Origin: Azolla caroliniana | Taxonomy: Eukaryota; Plantae; Polypodiophyta | Direction: 5' to 3' | Assembly: GCA_043228905.1 (NCBI GenBank) | Contig: JBHGNT010000012.1 | Coordinates: 2,728,001-2,792,000, forward strand | DNA: 64,000 bases | Shown: positions 12,584 to 23,200 of the stretch, piece by piece | Numbering within the stretch: position 1 is the stretch's first letter | Layout of the letters: each line of letters starts with the position of its first letter | Program-made: the position numbers and the translations under genes | The notes under the pieces: model-generated | The model's database searches: none | The model's input: only the letters and a program-made list of their open reading frames with translations | What the model was told of the DNA's origin: nothing

Positions 12584-15500
12584 TTATGACACTATCCCCC
12601 CTTTAAAACGACGAGTTTCACGAGTCGTTTTGGATTGAGGACCCGGTTTCTCGGGATATCGTCGATGGAAGTCTTCTAGAAGAGCACGAGCATTGGTCAC
12701 ATTCTCGATCGGTTCCCAAGTACGCTCGCTGGGACTATATCCTAGCCAATCGACTAGATAGTAGAGCTTGTTGCGAACAATCTTGGAATCGAGGATGGCA
12801 GCGACCTCATACTCAGGTCCATCTTCGAGCTCGATAGGAGGTGGAGGTTGTATAGTACGTCCTGGGATAGTGCTCTCGTGATAGGGTTCGAGGAGAGAAC
12901 TATGAAACACCGGGTGTATCCGAAGTTGCGGAGGTAGCTCGAGACGAAAAGCGACATCATTAATCTTCCCGATAATACGGAAAGGACCTAATCGTCGATA
13001 ATCCAACTTCTCACATAGGCGAGTAGTCTTGATGTGTCGTCGTAGCAGCCACACCCGATCTCCAATGTTAAAACTGGATGGAAGTCGATGACGATCTGCG
13101 TAGTCCTTGTGTGATTGTTGAGCTTGCTGGAGTTGAGTAGATAAATCCGCTTGTATCTTGCGTAACCGCTCCAAACGATCCTCCGCGCAAGGATTTGTGG
13201 ACACTTCTGGGGTTTCAAGGACACACCACCGGGGATGATATCCCGTATAAGCGTAGAATGGCGTGACTTTAGTCGATGCGTGGATAGCGTTATTATAGGC
13301 AAATTCGGCGAACGGAAGAATATCTGCCCAGTCATTCTGATGATAGTTGAGAAAGCACCGCAGATACTGCTCCAGTGTTTGATTTGTTCGTTCGGCTTGA
13401 CCGTCGGTTTGTGGGTGGTAGCCGGAGGAGAGGTTACAAGTGACCTTCAGCATTTTAAAAAGGTGCTTCCAGAATTTTGACACAAACTGGGGTCCACGAT
13501 CGCTGATGATATTATCAGGGAGTCCATGATGCCGACATACTTCCCGCATGACAATTTCGGCGGTGTCTTCACTAGATATTTCTTTAGTACATGGTAAGAA
13601 ATGAGCCATCTTCGTATATCGATCCACCACTGTGAGAATCGCACTGAATCCCTTAGAGACTGGAAGATCTGTAATGAAGTCAAGAGCAATGGATTGCCAT
13701 GGCTTGCTTGGAATTGGTAATGGTTCTAATAAACCATATGGATGATGTCTTGGCATTTTCGCTCTGCAGCATGTATCGCAAGTCCGAACAAAATCTTCGA
13801 CAAATTGTCGCATACGGGGCCACCAGAATGATCGTTGTACTAAATCTAATGTTTTAGTACTACCAAAATGTCCTGCTGTATATGTGTCATGGCAGTTTTG
13901 TACTACTCGAAGGCGGCAAGAACCATTAGGAACATACAAAAGTTCTTTAAAGAAGAGTAATCCATCACAGTATTTGAATTGCCGATAATCCGTACCTGGT
14001 GATTGTGATTGTGAACATGACGCTCGAGAGGGGTCAATTTGTGCTAGTATAGCTTGGGCGAAAGCGTCAGTCTTCAAGTCCTCACGTATAGTATTGGTAA
14101 TGTCGGAATCCACGGGCATGTCAAAGATCTGTGCTGCTTGCAGTCGTGCTGGACCCAAGATTACTTGCTTCTGGTTATCGAAAGCTGGCTCACCGGGACG
14201 TGGTGTTAGATACGAACGCCGTGATAATGCATCTGCCTTCCCTTGGTGCTTCCCCGGACGATATGTAATTTTGAAGTCGAAGCGTGTGAGGAAATGGGCC
14301 CACCGAGCTTGACGTCGATTCAGTACACGAGCATCTTGAAAGTAGGCAAGGTTCTTGTGGTCACTGAATACAGTGACCTGATGAGGAGATCCCTCCAGGA
14401 AATGCCTCCATTGCATAAAAGAATCAACTATTGCTAATAGCTCTTTATCATGAATTTCGTAGTTGATTTCGGCGGCGTCAAACTTACGGGAGTGGAAAGC
14501 CACAGGATGTAGCTTCTCGTCGTTACCCTGTTGTGACAGAATGCTCCCCAATGCGAAATCTGATGCATCAGCTTCGATAATGAATGGTTTTTCCGGATCC
14601 ACATGACCTAAAATTGGAGCTGATGTAAACGCCTTCTTAAGACTCTCGAAAGCCATGTCCGTCTCTTTAGACCAAATGAATGATTGTCCCTTCCTGGTGA
14701 GCTGTGTGAGAGGCAGCACAATTTTTGAGTAATTTTGTATGAACTTCCGGTAGAAATTTGCAAAGCCTAGGAAGCATTGCACATCCCGCACCGAACGCGG
14801 AGTGTGCCATTCTATCACCGTTTTGACCTTGGCTGGGTCCATAGATATGCCTTCTGAGGAGATGACATAGCCGAGAAACTCCACTTGGTTGCACCCGAAA
14901 CTACATTTCTCTAACTTTGCATACAGACCATGTTCTCGAAGTCGTTTTAGTACTAATAGTACATGAGAATCATGTTCTTCTTGGGTCTTTGAATAAACCA
15001 GTAGATCATCCAAATAGATGATCAAAAAATCATCCAAGAGGTCTCGAAATATATCATTCGCCATGTGCTGGAAGACTGCCGGCGCATTAGTGAGTCCGAA
15101 CGGCATGACCGTATACTCGAAGTGCCCATATCTGGTGCGAAACGCGGTCTTCCATTCATCTCCTGGTCGGATCCGTACGAGGTTATAGGCTCCTCGTAAG
15201 TCGATCTTCGTGAAGAACCTGGCACCGTTGATCTGTTCTAAAAGACTTGAGATAAGGGGAAGAGCATACCTATTTCTTACTGTGACCTTATTCAAGCCAC
15301 GGTAATCTACAACGAGTCGAAGCGAGCCATCTTTTTTCTTGACGAAGAAAATGGGTGCGCCGGCTGGAGATTTCGAATGCCGAATGAAACCGTTCTCCAA
15401 ATTCTCTTCTATATAGGCTCGAAGGACTTCTAGCTCGGTTGGTGACAAATTGTAGATCGGCCCCCATGGCGGCTCTTTTCCCGGTTGTAAGTCGATGGCG

Positions 15501-16141
15501 CAGTCGTACGGCCGATGATGAGGAAGTGTGTTGGCTTGTACTTTATCGAACACATCAGCATACTGACGATACTTCTCGGGAAGTTGAACGGTGGACTCCT
15601 CTTTGGTGGTGCTGGAGGGTTGTACTGATATTGCAAAGAGAAACATTTCCTCCTTGCGCCCTTCCTCACGCAACTGACGTAGCGAAATGGTTGCAACCTT
15701 CTGGGTAGATCCTTGGGTTTGTCGCAACCGGATTTCCCTTGTCCTCCAATCTATGTCTGGGTCATGTAACTCGAACCATGGTAATCCTAAAACTATGGGA
15801 TGTTCTGGAATACTAATAATATTAAATGATACTACACATGTTAAGTTATCTAGGACAATATTAACGGGTTCCGACTCTTCTATGATATTACCAGAAGCAA
15901 TGGGACGACCATCAATGACTACTACTGAGGCTGGACATGGGAGCTTTCTGAGAGATATCTGATGAGCTCGGGCAAAATTCCTATCCATGAAGCAAGAATT
16001 AGCTCCGGAATCTAGAAGGGCTAAGGTATGTACTGGAGGGGTACTTTTAGTACTAACTGCTACTTGGACTACGAACACATCACTAACTTGCTTAGAGGGA
16101 ATGGAACCACTAATGGGCTGCACAGATCTAGGGCTGTCCAA
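12584..16141 (-). CDS. pol: Pol polyprotein PR-RT-RNaseH-integrase-chromodomain (frame open to ~16195; probably expressed by -1 frameshift)
   Basis: ALLDSGA, YLDD, EADASD, HHCC and DFITDL/SDRGPQF/DGQAER integrase motifs, and a C-terminal EYEVAAILD...YLVDWLGY chromodomain. Confidence 0.96.
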   Translation of the reverse strand: MDSPRSVQPISGSIPSKQVSDVFVVQVAVSTKSTPPVHTLALLDSGANSCFMDRNFARAHQISLRKLPCPASVVVIDGRPIASGNIIEESEPVNIVLDNLTCVVSFNIISIPEHPIVLGLPWFELHDPDIDWRTREIRLRQTQGSTQKVATISLRQLREEGRKEEMFLFAISVQPSSTTKEESTVQLPEKYRQYADVFDKVQANTLPHHRPYDCAIDLQPGKEPPWGPIYNLSPTELEVLRAYIEENLENGFIRHSKSPAGAPIFFVKKKDGSLRLVVDYRGLNKVTVRNRYALPLISSLLEQINGARFFTKIDLRGAYNLVRIRPGDEWKTAFRTRYGHFEYTVMPFGLTNAPAVFQHMANDIFRDLLDDFLIIYLDDLLVYSKTQEEHDSHVLLVLKRLREHGLYAKLEKCSFGCNQVEFLGYVISSEGISMDPAKVKTVIEWHTPRSVRDVQCFLGFANFYRKFIQNYSKIVLPLTQLTRKGQSFIWSKETDMAFESLKKAFTSAPILGHVDPEKPFIIEADASDFALGSILSQQGNDEKLHPVAFHSRKFDAAEINYEIHDKELLAIVDSFMQWRHFLEGSPHQVTVFSDHKNLAYFQDARVLNRRQARWAHFLTRFDFKITYRPGKHQGKADALSRRSYLTPRPGEPAFDNQKQVILGPARLQAAQIFDMPVDSDITNTIREDLKTDAFAQAILAQIDPSRASCSQSQSPGTDYRQFKYCDGLLFFKELLYVPNGSCRLRVVQNCHDTYTAGHFGSTKTLDLVQRSFWWPRMRQFVEDFVRTCDTCCRAKMPRHHPYGLLEPLPIPSKPWQSIALDFITDLPVSKGFSAILTVVDRYTKMAHFLPCTKEISSEDTAEIVMREVCRHHGLPDNIISDRGPQFVSKFWKHLFKMLKVTCNLSSGYHPQTDGQAERTNQTLEQYLRCFLNYHQNDWADILPFAEFAYNNAIHASTKVTPFYAYTGYHPRWCVLETPEVSTNPCAEDRLERLRKIQADLSTQLQQAQQSHKDYADRHRLPSSFNIGDRVWLLRRHIKTTRLCEKLDYRRLGPFRIIGKINDVAFRLELPPQLRIHPVFHSSLLEPYHESTIPGRTIQPPPPIELEDGPEYEVAAILDSKIVRNKLYYLVDWLGYSPSERTWEPIENVTNARALLEDFHRRYPEKPGPQSKTTRETRRFKGGIVS

Positions 16142-16167
16142 CCAAACGGCTCCTATTTTGGCTGGAC

Positions 16168-17337
16168 TTAGTCGTTTAACTCTTCTTCTAATTGGCTAAG
16201 GACATCAAATTTGTTTGCGAGATTCGGACTATTAGTACTATTAGGACTATTATGACTATGAGGATTATCAGAGATTCCTACTGACATAGACTCGGGTTTA
16301 GTATAGTCAGAACTAACAATGACTTGGTTTACCTGCCTTCTTGGTCTATGGGGACAGTTTATCGCGATATGCCCTGGTCCACCGCAATAAAGGCATAATC
16401 GGTTTGTTCGGCGTTGTTGCTTTTCCTCCTCCGATAGCGGCCCACGACGACGTGTAGTGTCAATTTCCATTGGAGTTGGAGTACTTACTGGAGGCGCATT
16501 ATGTGACTCCCTTTGAAAAGGTTTCGCTACCATTGAGGCATAGGTAGGCTCGGATCTTGCCCTCGGCATCTGAAATTGTCGTTCCGAACGTCGCTCGAAG
16601 AGGCGGTTGTCACATCTGACCGCTCGACTGATTGCTTCTGTTAATGATTTTGGCTCTTCAGGGAAAGTCAAGAGTAAATCCTTGACATCGTTGCGTAAAC
16701 CATAGCGGAACTGCTCCATCAATGCTTGATCATCCCAGGGGATATCGGCGGCGAGTAGGCGGAAATCTGCAGCATATGCGGAGGCTGGACGGTCACCTTG
16801 GCGTAATCGCCGGATTTTGTTGATTGCAGTCCTTATGCTGTCAGTATCTCCAAAACATGCTTTAAACTCACTTATGAATTCTTCAAAATTATTTAGTACT
16901 GGAGATTCCTTTTCTAGTAGCGGAGCGAACCATGCTAATGCTGAGCCATTTAACAACGTGCCTACTAAACCCACTCGTGATGCATCGGTGGGATATCGGG
17001 ACGGATGCATTTGAATAACTAACCGTACCTGGTTAAGAAACCCTCTAAACTGCGATCGCGTTCCATCGAACTTCGTGGGAAGGCCAATCTTGGGTTCTTT
17101 ATGAATCCCTTGTGCTCCGTGCCCTTGTTGTTGCATTGCTACGATGGTTGCTTCGAGTTGTTGCACGCGTAACGCAAGTTCCCCATGCTGTTGTTGCGTT
17201 TGCTGCTTTTCTAAGGAAATTTGCTGAAGATCCCCCAACAAGCGTTGATTTTCTTGTTCCAAAGCATGAAACTTCTCTTTCAAGCATTGAAATTCCGAGA
17301 AAACGGATTGATACTCTTCAGCGCTAACGGTGGCCAT
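16168..17337 (-). CDS. gag: Gag (coiled coil, capsid, CCHC knuckle)
   Basis: PTKFDGTRSQFRGFL, LRQG, PMEID and CLYCGGPGHIAINC motifs in a 389-aa intact ORF. Confidence 0.95.
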   Translation of the reverse strand: MATVSAEEYQSVFSEFQCLKEKFHALEQENQRLLGDLQQISLEKQQTQQQHGELALRVQQLEATIVAMQQQGHGAQGIHKEPKIGLPTKFDGTRSQFRGFLNQVRLVIQMHPSRYPTDASRVGLVGTLLNGSALAWFAPLLEKESPVLNNFEEFISEFKACFGDTDSIRTAINKIRRLRQGDRPASAYAADFRLLAADIPWDDQALMEQFRYGLRNDVKDLLLTFPEEPKSLTEAISRAVRCDNRLFERRSERQFQMPRARSEPTYASMVAKPFQRESHNAPPVSTPTPMEIDTTRRRGPLSEEEKQQRRTNRLCLYCGGPGHIAINCPHRPRRQVNQVIVSSDYTKPESMSVGISDNPHSHNSPNSTNSPNLANKFDVLSQLEEELND

Positions 17338-17411
17338 GGGATGAAGGAAAAGGGAAATAAGAGACTAGTAGGAAAGGAGAGAGACAGAAGGAAGAGGGAG
17401 ACTAGTAGGCA

Positions 17412-17423
17412 AAATCGGTTCAA
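17412..17423 (-). promoter_or_regulatory. Non-tRNA primer binding site complementary to the predicted transcript 5' end (self-priming)
   Basis: Minus-strand TTGAACCGATTT lies 2 nt inside the LTR end. Its complement AAATCGGTTCAA is at 17707-17696, 33 nt downstream of the TATA box. Confidence 0.8.
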
Positions 17424-17558
17424 ACTGTCAGGAACTCTATTAAGGCAGAGAAGGAATTAGTACTAAAAGAAGGATTAATACTATTGTTGGGGAATAGTAC
17501 TAAGACAGAGAAGGATTAGTACTATGAGAGGTGTCGAATTTTGAGAGAAGGAATGAGT

Positions 17559-17626
<68 letters not shown>

Positions 17627-17744
17627 TGATGCGAAAGATATATGTATTATATGACGGAAGATATACAACAGTAGTTAGAAGGCTTAAGACTGGCGTTGAA
17701 CCGATTTGGTTCGAACTAATGCCTTGCGCCTCCTTTTATAGTGT

Positions 17745-17794
17745 CTTCAGGAATACTCCTGAAGTTTCTAGAATGTTCCAGAGAAATCTGGAAT
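17745..17794 (-). promoter_or_regulatory. Heat-shock-element array immediately upstream of the TATA box in the 5' LTR (copy at 12420-12469)
   Basis: Ten contiguous alternating nTTCn/nGAAn pentamers, 7 perfect, with TATAAAA 4 nt away. Confidence 0.75.
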
Positions 17795-17977
17795 ATACAT
17801 CAATTTCCTAATAAAACCTAAATGAAAATAATATCCTTCAAATTACAACTCATAACCTAATGGTAAAGTCTCGACCCGTGTAACAAAAGGTTATGGGTTC
17901 GAGTCTAGTTATGACAGCTACTGATTATAGTAATCGGATTCCTGTTTCTTGCTCTTATTTTCTTTCTGTGTATCTGC

Positions 17978-18012
<35 letters not shown>

Positions 18013-18075
18013 TGGTTCAAGACCCCCGTGGTCCCGCCTCTTCCTACACATGAACGCGAAACTTCGCGACATAAT

Positions 18076-18094
18076 TGGTGAACCCGATGTGAAT
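18076..18094 (+). promoter_or_regulatory. PBS for tRNA-Trp
   Basis: TGGTGAACCCGATGTGAAT matches the complement of the plant cytosolic tRNA-Trp 3' end as recalled (...ATTCACGTCGGGTTCACCA) with one mismatch. Confidence 0.8.
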
Positions 18095-18097
18095 GCA

Positions 18098-20210
18098 ATG
18101 GCAATGGCGGTAGCCGTGGACCGGCTGGTGAGCGCTCGCGAGGGGATGGGTACCCTCGACAAAGCCATTGAATCGATCGTCGGCAACATAGGCCGATTCA
18201 GTGGGAAGAATCCCACAAGTTATTTGGAGGCTTATCGGGCCGAAATGATCATGAGGGATATCCCGGTGGACAGGCGGCTGTCTGAATTCCCTCGGGTGGT
18301 GATGCTGAGCATCCACGCGGAGGTGCTCGAGGTGCTGGCCGGATGCCAGACTTGGGAGGAGTTCGAGCTGCAGCTCCTCGAGAAGTATGGGTTTGATGAC
18401 TCGCTTCAGCTGTTGAGGCGGGACTTCATGGCGTGGGTGGAAAGCCCCAGAAAAGGGAGGAACACGTCGGCGCTCCTCCAGGAATTCGAAAAACGATTCG
18501 CGCGGTTGTCAATGCTGGACCGGACCGTGCTCGAATGAGTCGAGTACTACTGTTTGTCAAGTCGGTGGATGCGCTCGACAGGGAAAAGGTGGGTCCCCTA
18601 TTGGAGACGGACGAAGGGCTCACGACAGACTGGGCCGTGGTAAAACGGGTCTACAGCCATTTCGACAAACGACGCAAGTGGAGCGACAAAAGCTCGTCGG
18701 AGTCAGGACTGGTCCCGACGAGGAGGCTCGAGGAGCCGGTATCGGTGCCAGCCGGTAGGAAGGAAGAGACCCGAATTTGGCTGGAGTTGGGGTCGGCATC
18801 GAACGACGTGGTCAAAGGCCCATCCGGAGGAGCGGCTCTGGAGGAGCTGACACAGATGGTGCGCGACCTGCAGATCGCACAGGCCCGGAGAGACAACGGC
18901 GAACAACCTCGCGATCGGAGGCCGTCGGTTGGGTAGTGGTGCATGTGGTGTGACGCGATTAGTCACATTTGGAAGGATTGCGCGGATTTCGCCGACGCAC
19001 TCAGGACCAACGTGGTGTACCTCTGGAATGGGTGGGTGCACGCGAGTGAGACCCGGAGAGCCCTAGAATTGAATACGGGGCGCGTCGGAATGAAGAGGTT
19101 GATGGAAGAGGCCACAACACAACATGTAGAAGCCGTTAACTACTCAACGTCGGCGGGAATTCGGGTCGGGGGTGATGAGACCCGGAAGGTGAAGGACTCC
19201 AGATTCTGGCTGCTAGTGCTAGAAGACCCCTCCGGAGTTCGGCTGAAGAAGGAAGAGGTGGACCGCGCGGAACAACGGGTCCAAGAGGTCACCGGATGGG
19301 ACGATCCAGTCGAAGAGAAAACGGGCATCGTAGAAGCCGCTTGCCAGAACTACGAGGTTCTGGTGGAAGACAAACGGGCAGGAAAGGCTGGAGGGGTCGG
19401 TCCCCTGCAGAGGTACGAGACCTGGTTCGGACCGAAACCGACCGGTGCCGGCAACCCAGGCGCGCCGGATGGGAAGAAGCAGGTGGGGTTTCGGTTGAGC
19501 ACCAAAATCGAGAGAGCAACGGACCTATGAAAGGTCCTTGAAGAGCAGATCCTCGACAGTAAAGTGGAGCTGTCGTTGCGGGAGGTGCTGGGAATCGCCA
19601 AGAGGGAGTTCCACTACTCCATCGTAGACTTGGTGAAGCGGAAGAGGCTCTCGACGGAGCCGGAACCAGAGAAGCCGGTGGAGTGCGGACTACACACTTA
19701 GAAGACACGGCCCTAGAAGACGAGTTGGCGGAAAGCCACTACACGAAGCCGCATTGGGCCAGGGCAACTACGGAAACCCCTGTGCGGATCGGCGACGTTC
19801 CGGAACCGATGGTGGCCTTGGTAGACCATGGGTCCGAAATCAACCTGATGTCCATGGATTTCTACAAGAAGGGTAAATGGCCGATCAAAACCAAGCATGG
19901 GTGGAAGATACGCGCGGCAACGCGTGCTACGGAGGAGCTGCATGGTGCGTGCCCGAATGTACGCGTAAAGATCGGTGACGTCGAGATAGATCAACATTTC
20001 TTCTTGCAGGAAACATCCTCGCACCTGGTGATTCTCGGCGAACCGTACATTATGGCAGCACGCATGGAGACGAAGGTGCTGGATAACGGTTCGGCGTACG
20101 CGCACGTCAAGAGCCAAGACGGTCGGCATTTCGTCCAATTCATGACCGTACGTCCGAACCATAAGAGGAATCGCGAGACCCTCGACGGTGACAGCCGAGG
20201 GGATTTTTAG
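18098..20210 (+). pseudogene. gag-protease of the Trp-primed Gypsy (frameshifted, internal stops)
   Basis: FSGKNPTSYL, CMWCDAISHIWKDC knuckle and ALVDHGSEINLM protease motifs. Confidence 0.8.
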
Positions 20211-23200
20211 AGAGGGCTATCAAGGCATGGGGCCGCGGTAGTCCGGACGTACCGGAAGAACCCCACACATGTACAGTAGGTAGGAAGTTTTGGTGAATCT
20301 CTGAAAACGGAGGTTGTACTATAGCTGGCGTTAGCGGCCGGGAGAGGAAGTGAGCGGAGGAGCGGCTCAGGGTATGCAGAGTCCTCTCCCCCGACGAAGA
20401 AATCAGCGGCTCCGTGGAGGCGGTCTCTTTTGATGACACCTTGGGCAAGTTGCAAAAGGTGATCAGTGAAGACCTTAGAGAAGACCGAACTGTTTCGGTT
20501 AGTTCGATGGGAATGTACGAAGTCATCGCGGACTTCGGGGAAAGGATCTGGTCGGATCGGACCGCCCACGTGGATACAAAGTACAAGACTGTGGAGCGGA
20601 AGGTAAGGCCAGTCGCGACACCCTTGTCGGAGGGCAGCGAGGAGCAGATAAAAGGGGTTGCGTCGGACCCAAGTTTACGGAATCCGGCTGGCATAGGGCA
20701 CCGGTTCACTGACATAACGCTACGGGAGCTCAAGGTCGGTGGGGGTGGCTTTCTACTACCGGCGGAGGAGGACAGGTTTCGGAGAATGCTCGGAAGGCAT
20801 GGGAAAGCCTTCACGTACTCGCCGGAGGAGATCGGGTGCGTGGACCCGACGATCGTCGAACCGATGGTGAACTTCACGGTACCGCATGTATCGTGGAATC
20901 TCAAACCGATTCCAATGCCGAGAGCTCACATCCCGAAGTTGATGGAGCTTCTAAAGCAAAAGGTGGAGATGGGCATCCTCAAACTGTCAAGTGCCCCATA
21001 TTCGAATTGGTGGTTTACGGTGCCGAAGAAGAACGGCACGCTGCGCTTCATTCAAGACCTGCAACCGGTCAACAGGGTGACCATCCATAATGCAGGAATC
21101 AGACCGACCATAGACGAGTTCGCGGAGGCCTTCGCTGGAAGGTCGATCTATTCGGTCGATGACTTATACTCGGGGTACGACCAGTTCCAGCTAGCCGTGG
21201 AGAGCAGGGATATCACGACGATGTGAACTCCTCTCGGCCTAGTACGGATGTGTACCCTACCATAAGGCGGGACGAATTCGGTGGCACATATGGTGAACGC
21301 AATGAACAAGGTGCTGAGGGAATGCATCCCGGACATCACCATGCCATTCTTGGACGACATCCCGATAAAGTGAAGATGCGGACGAGACTGTTGGGCCAGA
21401 CGGATGCCGGAGGTTTGTCGTGAACCACATCAACGACTGCGAGAAGGTGCTGCAGAAGCTCGAGAGCGTACGACTCACCTTCTCCGGAGAAAAATCGGCG
21501 TTTGGGCAGTTAGAGATCTTGGTGGTCGGACACCTGTGCGGGCCTTACGGTAGGAAACCGTCTCCGGCAAAGGCAGAGACCATCTTCGCGATGAGGAACG
21601 ATTGCGGGTCAGTTACGGAGGTCCGCAGATTCTTGGGTGCATGCGTGTTCTACCACATCTGGATCCTGCACTACGCACATGTCGCGGAACCCCTCTACAG
21701 ACTATTGAAAGGGGGGCGTAGCTTTGAGTGGAGGACGGAGCACACGGAGTCGGTCCGGAGACTAAAGGAGGCGCTTACGGTAGCGCCAGCTCTCCGTAAA
21801 GCGGTTTATGGCAAGGGAGTCCCCATCTACGTGACGGTGGACACAAGCCCGACCGGGATCGGGTGGGTGATCAACCAGGAGGACGAGGACGGCGCACGGT
21901 TCTCGATCCGGTTCGGGGCGAAGGTATTGAGCGAGCGGCAGCGAGGATACACCCAAGTCAAGCGCGAACTATGGGGTATCGTTTCGGCAGTCAAGGCCGA
22001 CAGGGTTTCCGGATGCGCGACGCCGGACCTAGCAATGCTCCCGTGGATAGCGTACATTAAGTCCATGAACCCGGAGATACGGCACATCTCCGGAAAGGAT
22101 AACGCCATGGCCGACATGCTTTCGAGAGCGAGGTTCAATGACGAAGACGACATAGTTTCGGATGACAAAGAAGTCGGCGAGGACTTCTTCGGGTCGTCTA
22201 ACGTGACGACGAGGAAAGGGGGCACTTCGACACTTAATGAATTCGACGAAAGCAGGTACGACGGGGAGTGGCTCCAAATCGGGAGGTTCCTACGGGCGAT
22301 GACGCCGAACGCAGCGTGGACGAGAGAAGAGGCGAGCCGAGTACGGAAGAAGGCGTACCGATTCTTCCTACGAGACGAGTGCATCTGGAGGCACCCAAAG
22401 AAAAGAAACGGCATTCTGCTCCGAGTAGTGGCAGAGAAAGAAGAACAGGAGGAATTATTGGTGGCATTTCACGAGAGTCCCTGGGCCGGGTACCGCGGAA
22501 CGTGGGCCACATTCGAGAAGCTGAAGGAGAAGTACTGGTGGCCGGGGCTGTACCGGGATGTGCATTGGTTCGTAACGACTTGCGAAAGCTGTCAGATGCA
22601 CTCTGTAGTCCGACATCGCGACGAGCTACACCCGACCTACCCGCCTACGATGCCGATGGGAGTAGGACAGATGCGATACCTGGTGCTTGCGTGGGAAGAC
22701 TTAACGAACCAGGTGGAAGGCCATGCACTACAGAACAAGACAACCGTGGTGGTATGCCGGTTCCTGATCGAAGAGGTAGTGTGTCGGGAAGATCGTGGCG
22801 GACCGGGGAGAGCTGGATGCGTAGGAAGCTGAGGAGCTGTTCGATCGGCTAGGGGTCAAACTCTCCCTCACTACGGCGTACAATCCGGAGGCGAACGGGA
22901 AGGTAGAACGTGGGCACGAGCCGATCGTAAAGGCGTTGGTGCGTGCATGCGGAGGGCAGGTCGGGAATTGGCCGCGGCTCCTTCCTTACGCACTATGGGC
23001 GGACCGAACTACGCACAGTTCGGTGACAGGGTTTATGCCGGCAGAGCTGATGTATGGACAGTTTCTTCGTGGGCGGCGGTACATTGGAAGGACGAGATGA
23101 ACCGGGAGGAGTTGCTGGCGGCGCGGATTCGGCAACTCAAGCAGAGGCCGGAGGACATGAAACGGGCGAAGGAAAAGCTGCGGGCGGCAAGGGAACGTAA

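Larger units (their letters stand above)
12101..17916 (-). mobile_element. Intact young chromovirus (Tcn1/Tf1-like Gypsy)
   Basis: 491-bp LTRs at 12101-12591 and 17426-17916 with about 2 substitutions, TG...CA ends, TSD GCTAC (12096-12100, 17917-17921), PPT next to 12591, and intact gag and pol. Confidence 0.97.

Noticed and set aside
12521-12591. Functional tRNA gene
   Set aside because: Acceptor, anticodon and T stems do not pair well. Kept only as a promoter-like module.
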